NCBI GenBank assembly: GCA_002189035.1
Contig: NEEC01000026.1
Coordinates: 1 to 64,000, forward strand
Direction of reading: 5' to 3'
Length of the DNA: 64,000 nucleotides
Origin: Utricularia gibba
Taxonomy: Eukaryota > Plantae > Magnoliophyta
A model generated the notes under the pieces. That model ran no database searches. It was not told the origin of the DNA and saw nothing but the letters and a program-made list of their open reading frames with translations. The position numbers and the translations under genes were made by a program. The number at the start of each line of letters is the position of its first letter. Positions within the stretch are counted from its first letter, which is position 1. Below, in pieces: positions 30,001 to 42,000 of this stretch.

Positions 30001-33000
30001 CCACTAGAGACATGGTGTATGGGAATGGTGCATCAAGAATCAGAAGTATCATGGCAACTAATTGAATCAATCAACAGCCAAAACATATGGTGTCAAACTT
30101 CATCGGATATGCGATCAAGATGGAAAAAAGTCACATGTTACATCATGAATTTCGTGGCATCACTTATCCCAACACTATTATACTCCAGGTACGCAAAAAT
30201 GTTTACTTTTAACGAATCCAGTGCACGTGTGATTTTTAGGCTGCACCCCGAATGGTGATGCGCAATGAAATGACTAGGTCGCACATCCTGGTCCACGAAG
30301 CACCTCTTCCAAAACATGCAGATCCTAACTCTTCATAGCACACCATTGGGAAGCCCGATTCGAGCTCCAAGTAGTATAATTTGGAGTTTCGTTTGTCCGA
30401 TAACTGTGGACATATTAAAAACAAACCACAACGAAAAGTGTCTTACGTGTCCTTCCTTGGTGGCTGCGTTTAATATTGTGCTTCTCGTTCTCGAAATTGA
30501 TGCAAAAGATACACGGCAAAAGAATCAAATAGCCACTAGAGACATGGTGTATGGGAATGGTGCATCAAGAATCAGAAGTATCATGCAACTAATTGAATCA
30601 ATCAACAGCCAAAACATATGGTGTCAAACTTCATCGGATATGCGATCAAGATGGAAAAAAGTCACATGTTACATCATGAATTTCGTGGCATCACTTATCC
30701 CAACACTATTATACTCAGGTACGCAAAAATGTTTACTTTTAACGAATCCAGTGCACGTGTGATTTTTAGGCTGCACCCCGAATGGTGATGCGCAATGAAA
30801 TGACTAGGTCGCACATCCTGGTCCACGAAGCACCTCTTCCAAAACATGCAGATCCTAACTCTTCATAGCACACCATTGGGAAGCCCGATTCGAGCTCCAA
30901 GTAGTATAATTTGGAGTTTCGTTTGTCCGATAACTGTGGACATATTAAAAACAAACCACAACGAAAAGTGTCTTACGTGTCCTTCCTTGGTGGCTGCGTT
31001 TAATATTGTGCTTCTCGTTCTCGAAATTGATGCAAAAGATACACGGAAAAAGAATCAAATAGCCACTAGAGACATGGTGTATGGGAATGGTGCATCAAGA
31101 ATCAGAAGTATCATGGCAACTAATTGCATCAATCAACAGCCAAAACATATGGTGTCAAACTTCATCGGATATGCGATCAAGATGGAAAAAAGTCACATGT
31201 TACATCATGAATTTCGTGGCATCACTTATCCCAACACTATTATACTCCAGGTACGCAAAAATGTTTACTTTTAACGAATCCAGTGCACGTGTGATTTTTA
31301 GGCTGCACCCCGAATGGTGATGCGCAATGAAATGACTAGGTCGCACATCCTGGTCCACGAAGCACCTCTTCCAAAACATGCAGATCCTAACTCTTCATAG
31401 CACACCATTGGGAAGCCCGATTCGAGCTCCAAGTAGTATAATTTGGAGTTTCGTTTGTCCGATAACTGTGGACATATTAAAAACAAACCACAACGAAAAG
31501 TGTCTTACGTGTCCTTCCTTGGTGGCTGCGTTTAATATTGTGCTTCTCGTTCTCGAAATTGATGCAAAGATACACGGCAAAAGAATCAAATAGCCACTAG
31601 AGACATGGTGTAAGGGAATGGTGCATCAAGAATCAGAAGTATCATAGCAACTAATTGCATCAATCAACAGCCAAAACATATGGTGTCAAACTTCATCGGA
31701 TATGCGATCAAGATGGAAAAAAGTCACATGTTACATCATGAATTTCGTGGCATCACTTATCCCAACACTATTATACTCCAGGTACGCAAAAATGTTTACT
31801 TTTAACGAATCCAGTGCACGTGTGATTTTTAGGCTGCACCCCGAATGGTGATGCGCAATGAAATGACTAGTCGCACATCCTGGTCCACGAAGCACCTCTT
31901 CCAAAACATGCAGATCCTAACTCTTCATAGCACACCATTGGGAAGCCCGATTCGAGCTCCAAGTAGTATAATTTGGAGTTTCGTTTGTCCGATAACTGTG
32001 GACATATTAAAAACAAACCACAACGAAAAGTGTCTTACGTGTCCTTCCTTGGTGGCTGCGTTTAATATTGTGCTTCTCGTTCTCGAAATTGATGCAAACA
32101 AGATACACGCCCGATCAATAAGTAGTATTCGAGCTCCAAGTAGTATAATTTGGAGTTTCGTTTGTCCGATAACTGTGGACATATTAAAAACAAACCACAA
32201 CGAAAAGTGTCTTACGTGTCCTTCCTTGGTGGCTGCGTTTAATATTGTGCTTCTCGTTCTCGAAATTGATGCAAACAAGATACACGGCAAAAGAATCAAA
32301 TAGCCACTAGAGACATGGTGTAAGGGAATGGTGCATCAAGAATCAGAAGTATCATAGCAACTAATTGCATCAATCAACAGCCAAAACATATGGTGTCAAA
32401 CTTCATCGGATATGCGATCAAGATGGAAAAAAGTCACATGTTACATCATGAATTTCGTGGCATCACTTATCCCAACACTATTATACTCCAGGTACGCAAA
32501 AATGTTTACTTTTAACGAATCCAGTGCACGTGTGATTTTTAGGCTGCACCCCGAATGGTGATGCGCAATGAAATGACTAGTCGCACATCCTGGTCCACGA
32601 AGCACCTCTTCCAAAACATGCAGATCCTAACTCTTCATAGCACACCATTGGGAAGCCCGATTCGAGCTCCAAGTAGTATAATTTGGAGTTTCGTTTGTCC
32701 GATAACTGTGGACATATTAAAAACAAACCACAACGAAAAGTGTCTTACGTGTCCTTCCTTGGTGGCTGCGTTTAATATTGTGCTTCTCGTTCTCGAAATT
32801 GATGCAAACAAGATACACGGCAAAAGAATCAAATAGCCACTAGAGACATGGTGTATGGGAATGGTGCATCAAGAATCAGAAGTATCATGGCAACTAATTG
32901 CATCAATCAACAGCCAAAACATATGGTGTCAAACTTCATCGGATATGCGATCAAGATGGAAAAAAGTCACATGTTACATCATGAATTTCGTGGCATCACT

Positions 33001-36000
33001 TATCCCAACACTATTATACTCAGGTACGCAAAATGTTTACTTTTAACGAATCCAGTGCACGTGTGATTTTTAGGCTGCACCCCGAATGGTGATGCGCAAT
33101 GAAATGACTAGGTCGCACATCCTGGTCCACGAAGCACCTCTTCCAAAACATGCAGATCTAACTCTTCATAGCACACCATTGGGAAGCCCTATTCGAGCTC
33201 CAAGTAGTATAATTTGGAGTTTCGTTTGTCCGATAACTGTGGACATATTAAAAACAAACCACAACGAAAAGTGTCTTACGTGTCCTTCCTTGGTGGCTGC
33301 GTTTAATATGTGCTTCTCGTTCTCGAAATTGATGCAAAGATACACGGCAAAAGAATCAAATAGCCACTAGAGACATGGTGTATGGGAATGGTGCATCAAG
33401 AATCAGAAGTATCATGCAACTAATTGAATCAATCAACAGCCAAAACATATGGTGTCAAACTTCATCGGATATGCGATCAAGATGGAAAAAAGTCACATGT
33501 TACATCATGAATTTCGTGGCATCACTTATCCCAACACTATACTCAGGTATGCAAAATGTTTTTTTAACGAATCCAGTGCACGTGTGATTTTTAGGCTGCA
33601 CCCCGAATGGTGATGCGCAATGAAATGACTAGGTCGCACATCCTGGTCCACGAAGCACCTCTTCCAAAACATGCAGATCCTAACTCTTCATAGCACACCA
33701 TTGGGAAGCCCGATTCGAGCTCCAAGTAGTATAATTTGGAGTTTCGTTTGTCCGATAACTGTGGACATATTAAAAACAAACCACAACGAAAAGTGTCTTA
33801 CGTGTCCTTCCTTGGTGGCTGCGTTTAATATTGTGCTTCTCGTTCTCGAAATTGATGCAAACAAGATACACGGCAAAAGAATCAAATAGCCACTAGAGAC
33901 ATGGTGTAGGGAATGGTGCATCAAGAATCAGAAGTATCATGCAACTAATTGCATCAATCAACAGCCAAAACATATGTGTCAAACTTCATCGGATATGCGA
34001 TCAAGATGGAAAAAAGTCACATGTTACATCATGAATTTCGTGGCATCACTTATCCCAACACTATTATACTCCAGGTACGCAAAAATGTTTACTTTTAACG
34101 AATCCAGTGCACGTGTGATTTTTAGGCTGCACCCCGAATGGTGATGCGCAATGAAATGACTAGGTCGCACATCCTGGTCCACGAAGCACCTCTTCCAAAA
34201 CATGCAGATCCTAACTCTTCATAGCACACCATTGGGAAGCCCGATTCGAGCTCCAAGTAGTATAATTTGGAGTTTCGTTTGTCCGATAACTGTGGACATA
34301 TTAAAAACAAACCACAACGAAAAGTGTCTTACGTGTCCTTCCTTGGTGGCTGCGTTTAATATTGTGCTTCTCGTTCTCGAAATTGATGCAAACAAGATAC
34401 ACGGCAAAAGAATCAAATAGCCACTAGAGACATGGTGTATGGGAATGGTGCATCAAGAATCAGAAGTATCATAGCAACTAATTGATCAATCAACAGCCAA
34501 AACATATGGTGTCAAACTTCATCGGATATGCGATCAAGATGGAAAAAAGTCACATGTTACATCATGAATTTCGTGGCATCACTTATCCCAAGTCACGTGT
34601 GATTTTTGCACCCCGAATGGTGATGCGCAATGAAATGACTAGTCGCACATCCTGGTCCACGAAGCACCTAAAACATGCAGATGAATTTCGTGGCATCACA
34701 TTATCTTACCAACACTGTATCGCAAAAATGTAAACTTCATTACAAGAATCACAGTGCATATGCTGTGGTGATGCGCAATGAAATGACTATGTCGCACATC
34801 TTCTGGTCCACGAAGCACCTCTTCCAAAACATGCAGATCTAACGGTATTCGCTCCACGTGTGGACATATTAAAAACAAACCACAACGAAAAGTGTCTTAC
34901 GTGTCCTTCCTTGGTGGCACTTCTCCTTCGAAATTGGTGTGGATACACGGCAAAAGAATCAAATAGCCACTAGAGACATGGTGTAAGGGAATGGTGCATC
35001 AAGAATCAGAAGTATCATAGCAACTAATTGCATCAATCAACAGCCAAAACATATGGTGTCAAACTTCATCGGATATGCGATCAAGATGGAAAAAAGTCAC
35101 ATGTTACATCATGAATTTCGTGGCATCACTTATCCCAACACTATTATACTCAAAAATGATTTTAACAATCCAGTGCACGTGTGATTTTTAGGCTGCACCC
35201 CGAATGGTGATGCGCAATGAAATGACTAGGTCGCACATCCTGGTCCACGAAGCACCTCTTCCAAAACATGCAGATCCTAACTCTTCATAGCACACCATTG
35301 GGAAGCCCGATTCGAGCTCCAAGTAGTATAATTTGGAGTTTCGTTTGTCCGATAACTGTGGACATATTAAAAACAAACCACAACGAAAAGTGTCTTACGT
35401 GTCCTTCCTTGGTGGCTGCGTTTAATATTGTGCTTCTCGTTCTCGAAATTGATGCAAACAAGATACACGGCAAAAGAATCAAATAGCCACTAGAGACATG
35501 GTGTATGGGAATGGTGCATCAAGAATCAGAAGTATCATGGCAACTAATTGAATCAATCAACAGCCAAAACATATGGTGTCAAACTTCATCGGATATGCGA
35601 TCAAGATGGAAAAAAGTCACATGTTACATCATGAATTTCGTGGCATCACTTATCCCAACACTATTATACTCCAGGTACGCAAAAATGTTTACTTTTAACG
35701 AATCCAGTGCACGTGTGATTTTTAGGCTGCACCCCGAATGGTGATGCGCAATGAAATGACTAGGTCGCACATCCTGGTCCGAAGCACCTCTTCCAAAACA
35801 TGCAGATCCTAACTCTTCATAGCACACCATTGGGAAGCCCGATTCGAGCTCCAAGTAGTATAATTTGGAGTTTCGTTTGTCCGATAACTGTGGACATATT
35901 AAAAACAAACCACAACGAAAAGTGTCTTACGTGTCCTTCCTTGGTGGCTGCGTTTAATATTGTGCTTCTCGTTCTCGAAATTGATGCAAATTCAAATTAG

Positions 36001-39000
36001 AGACATAGACCTAACGTGGCTTGCACGTGTCTGCACCCCGAATGGTGATGCGCAATGAAATGACTAGTCGCACATCCTGGTCCATCTTCCAAACATGCAG
36101 GCACACCATTGGAAGCCCGATTCGAGCTCCAAGTAGTATAATTTGGAGTTTCGTTTGTCCGATAACTGTGGACATATTAAAAACAAACCACAACGAAAAG
36201 TGTCTTACGTGTCCTTCCTTGGTGGCTGCGTTTAATATTGTGCTTCTCGTTCTCGAAATTGATGCAAACAAGATACACGGCAAAAGAATCAAATAGCCAC
36301 TAGAGACATGGTGTATGGGAATGGTGCATCAAGAATCAGAAGTATCATAGCAACTAATTGCATCAATCAACAGCCAAAACATATGGTGTCAAACTTCATC
36401 GGATATGCGATCAAGATGGAAAAAAGTCACATGTTACATCATGAATTTCGTGGCATCACTTATCCCAACACTATTATACTCCAGGTACGCAAAAATGTTT
36501 ACTTTTAACGAATCCAGTGCACGTGTGATTTTTAGGCTGCACCCCGAATGGTGATGCGCAATGAAATGACTAGGTCGCACATCCTGGTCCACGAAGCACC
36601 TCTTCCAAAACATGCAGATCCTAACTCTTCATAGCACACCATTGGGAAGCCCGATTCGAGCTCCAAGTAGTATAATTTGGAGTTTCGTTTGTCCGATAAC
36701 TGTGGACATATTAAAAACAAACCACAACGAAAAGTGTCTTACGTGTCCTTCCTTGGTGGCTGCGTTTAATATTGTGCTTCTCGTTCTCGAAATTGATGCA
36801 AAATACACGGCAAAAGAATCAAATAGCCACTAGAGACATGGTGTAAGGGAATGGTGCATCAAGAATCAGAAGTATCATGCAACTAATTGAATCAATCAAC
36901 AGCCAAAACATATGGTGTCAAACTTCATCGGATATGCGATCAAGATGGAAAAAAGTCACATGTTACATCATGAATTTCGTGGCATCACTTATCCCAACAC
37001 TATTATACTCCAGGTACGCAAAAATGTTTACTTTTAACGAATCCAGTGCACGTGTGATTTTTAGGCTGCACCCCGAATGGTGATGCGCAATGAAATGACT
37101 AGGTCGCACATCCTGGTCCACGAAGCACCTCTTCCAAAATGCAGATCCTAACTCTTCATAGCACACCATTGGGAAGCCCGATTCGAGCTCCAAGTAGTAT
37201 AATTTGGAGTTTCGTTTGTCCGATAACTGTGGACATATTAAAAACAAACCACAACGAAAAGTGTCTTACGTGTCCTTCCTTGGTGGCTGCGTTTAATATT
37301 GTGCTTCTCGTTCTCGAAATTGATGCAAACAAGATACACGGCAAAAGAATCAAATAGCCACTAGAGACATGGTGTATGGGAATGGTGCATCAAGAATCAG
37401 AAGTATCATGGCAACTAATTGAATCAATCAACAGCCAAAACATATGGTGTCAAACTTCATCGGATATGCGATCAAGATGGAAAAAAGTCACATGTTACAT
37501 CATGAATTTCGTGGCATCACTTATCCCAACACTATTATACTCAGGTACGCAAAATGTTTACTTTTAACGAATCCAGTGCACGTGTGATTTTTAGGCTGCA
37601 CCCCGAATGGTGATGCGCAATGAAATGACTAGGTCGCACATCCTGGTCCACGAAGCACCTCTTCCAAAACATGCAGATCCTAACTCTTCATAGCACACCA
37701 TTGGGAAGCCCGATTCGAGCTCCAAGTAGTATAATTTGGAGTTTCGTTTGTCCGATAACTGTGGACATATTAAAAACAAACCACAACGAAAAGTGTCTTA
37801 CGTGTCCTTCCTTGGTGGCTGCGTTTAATATTGTGCTTCTCGTTCTCGAAATTGATGCAACAAGATACACGGAAAAGAATCAAATAGCCACTAGAGACAT
37901 GGTGTATGGGAATGGTGCATCAAGAATCAGAAGTATCATGCAACTAATTGCATCAATCAACAGCCAAAACATATGGTGTCAAACTTCATCGGATATGCGA
38001 TCAAGATGGAAAAAAGTCACATGTTACATCATGAATTTCGTGGCATCACTTATCCCAACACTATTATACTCCAGGTACGCAAAAATGTTTACTTTTAACG
38101 AATCCAGTGCACGTGTGATTTTTAGGCTGCACCCCGAATGGTGATGCGCAATGAAATGACTAGGTCGCACATCCTGGTCCACGAAGCACCTCTTCCAAAA
38201 CATGCAGATCCTAACTCTTCATAGCACACCATTGGGAAGCCCGATTCGAGCTCCAAGTAGTATAATTTGGAGTTTCGTTTGTCCGATAACTGTGGACATA
38301 TTAAAAACAAACCACAACGAAAAGTGTCTTACGTGTCCTTCCTTGGTGGCTGCGTTTAATATGTGCTTCTCGTTCTCGAAATTGATGCAAACAAGATACA
38401 CGGCAAAAGAATCAAATAGCCACTAGAGACATGGTGTATGGGAATGGTGCATCAAGAATCAGAAGTATCATGGCAACTAATTGAATCAATCAACAGCCAA
38501 AACATATGGTGTCAAACTTCATCGGATATGCGATCAAGATGGAAAAAAGTCACATGTTACATCATGAATTTCGTGGCATCACTTATCCAACACTATTATA
38601 CTCAGGTACGCAAATTTTACTTTTAACGGTGCACGTGTGATTTTTAGGCTGCACCCCGAATGGTGATGCGCAATGAAATGACTATGTCGCACATCCTGGT
38701 CCACGAAGCATCTCTTCCAAATCATGCAGATCCTAACTCTTCATAGCACACCATTGGGAAGCCATTCGTGCTCCAAGTAGTATAATATGGAGTTTCGTTT
38801 GTCCGATAACTGTGACATATTAAAAACAAACCACAACGAAAAGTGTCTTACGTGTCCTTCCTTGGTGGCTGCGTTTAATATTGTGCTTCTCGTTCTCGAA
38901 ATTGATGCAAACAAGATACACGGCAAAAGAATCAAATAGCCACTAGAGACATGGTGTATGGGAATGGTGCATCAAGAATCAGAAGTATCATGGCAACTAA

Positions 39001-42000
39001 TTGCATCAATCAAGCCAAAACATATGGTGTCAAACTTCATCGGATATGCGATCAAGATGGAAAAAAGTCACATGTTACATCATGAATTTCGTGGCATCAC
39101 TTATCCCAACACTTTTATACTCAGGTACGCAAAAATGTTTATTTTAACAATCCGTGCACGTGTGATTTTTAGGCTGCACCCCGAATGGTGATGCGCAATG
39201 AAATGACTAGGTCGCACATCCTGGTCCACGAAGCACCTCTTCCAAAACATGCAGATCCTAACTCTTCATAGCACACCATTGGGAAGCCCTATTCGAGCTC
39301 CAAGTAGTATAATTTGGAGTTTCGTTTGTCCATAACTGTGGACATATTAAAAACAAACCACAACGAAAAGTGTCTTACGTGTCCTTCCTTGGTGGCTGCG
39401 TTTAATATTGTGCTTCTCGTTCTCGAAATTGATGCAAATGGGATACACGGCAAAAGAATCAAATAGCCACTAGAGACATGTTGTAAGGGAATGGTGCATC
39501 AAGAATCAGAAGTATCATAGCAACTAATTGCATCAATCAACAGCCAAAACATATGGTGTCAAACTTCATCGGATATGCGACAAGATGGAAAAAAGTCACA
39601 TGTTACATCATGAATTTCGTGGCATCACTTATCCCAACACTATTATACTCCAGGTACGCAAAAATGTTTACTTTTAACGAATCCAGTGCACGTGTGATTT
39701 TTAGGCTGCACCCCGAATGGTGATGCGCAATGAAATGACTAGTCGCACATCCTGGTCACGAAGCACCTCTTCCAAAACATGCAGATCCTAACTCTTCATA
39801 GCACACCATTGGGAAGCCCGATTCGAGCTCCAAGTAGTATAATTTGGAGTTTCGTTTGTCATAACTTGGACATATTAAAAACAAACCACAACGAAAAGTG
39901 TCTTACGTGTCCTTCCTTGGTGGCTGCGTTTAATATTGTGCTTCTCGTTCTCGAAATTGATGCAAACAAGATACACGGCAAAAGAATCAAATAGCCACTA
40001 GAGACATGGTGTAAGGGAATGGTGCATCAAGAATCAGAAGTATCATAGCAACTAATTGAATCAATCAACAGCCGAAACATATTGTGTCAAACTTCATCGG
40101 ATATGCGATCAAGATGGAAAAAAGTCACATGTTACATCATGAATTTCGTGGCATCACTTATCCCAACACTATTATACACCAGGTACGCAAAAATGTTTAC
40201 TTTTAACGAATCCAGTGCACGTGTGATTTTTAGGCTGCACCCGAATGGTGATGCGCAATGAAATGACTATGTCGCACATCCTGGTCTACGAAGCACCTCT
40301 TCCAAAACATGCAGATCCTAACTCTTCATAGCACACCATTGGGAAACCCGATTCGAGCTCCAAGTAGTATAATTTGGAGTTTCGTTTGTCCGATAACTGT
40401 GGACATATTAAAAACAAACCACAACGAAAAGTGTCTTACGTGTCCTTCCTTGGTGGCTGCGTTTAATAATGTGCTTCTCGTTCTCGAAATTGATGCAAAC
40501 AAGATACACGGCAAAAGAATCAAATAGCCACTAGAGACATGGTGTATGGGAATGGTGCATCAAGAATCAGAAGTATCATAGCAACTAATTGCATCAATCA
40601 ACAGCCAAAACATATGGTGTCAAACTTCATCGGATATGCGATCAAGATGGAAAAAAGTCACATGTTACATCATGAATTTCGTGGCATCACTTATCCCAAC
40701 ACTATTATACTCCAGGTACGCAAAAATGTTTACTTTTAACGAATCCAGTGCACGTGTGATTTTTAGGCTGCACCCCGAATGGTGATGCGCAATGAAATGA
40801 CTAGGTCGCACATCCTGGTCCACGAAGCACCTCTTCCAAAACATGCAGATCCTAACTCTTCATAGCACACCATTGGGAAGCCCGATTCGTGCTCCAAGTA
40901 GTATAATTTGGAGTTTCGTTTGTCCGATAACTGTGGAACATATTAAAAACAAACCACAACGAAAAGTGTCTTACGTGTCCTTCCTTGGTGGCTGCGTTTA
41001 ATATTGTGCTTCTCGTTCTCGAAATTGATGCAAACAAGATACACGGCAAAAGAATCAAATAGCCACTAGAGACATGGTGTAAGGGAATGGTGCATCAAGA
41101 ATCAGAAGTATCATAGCAACTAATTGCATCAATCAACTGCCAAAACATATGGTGTCAAACTTCATCGGATATGCGATCAAGATGGAAAAAGTCACATGTT
41201 ACATCATGAATTTCGTGGCATCACTTATCCCAACACTGTTGTATACTCAGGATATGCGTAAATATTTATTTTTAACAAATCCGGTGCACGTGTGATTTTT
41301 AGGCTGCACCCCGAATGGTGATGCGCAATGAAATGACTAGGTCGCACATCCTGGTCCACGAAGCACCGCTTCCAAAACATGCAGATGCTAACTCTTCATA
41401 GCACACCATTGGGAAGCCCTATTCGTGCTCCAAGTAGTATAATTTGGAGTTACGTTTGTCCCATAACTTTGGACATATTAAAAACAAACCACAACGAAAA
41501 GTGTCTTACGCGTCCTTCCTTGGTGGCTGCGTTTAATAATGTGCTTCTCGTTCTCGAAATTGATGCAAATGGGATACACGGCAAAAGAATCAAGTAACCA
41601 CTAGAGACATGTTGTAAGGGAATGGTGCATCAAGAATCAGAAGTATCATAGCAACTAATTGCATCAATCAACTGCCAAAACGTATGGCGTCAAACATCAT
41701 CGGATATGCGACCAAGATGGAAAAAAGTCACATGTTACATCATGAATTTCGTGGCATCACTTATCCCAACACTATTATACACCAGGTACGCAAAAATGTT
41801 TACTTTTAACGAATCCAGTGCACGTGTGATTTTTAGGCTGCACCCCGAATGGTGATGCGCAATGAAATGACTATGTCGCACATCCTGGTCTACGAAGCAC
41901 CTCTTCCAAAACATGCAGATCCTAACTCTTCATAGCACACCATTGGGAAGCCCGATTCGAGCTCCAAGTAGTATAATTTGGAGTTTCGTTTGTCCGATAA

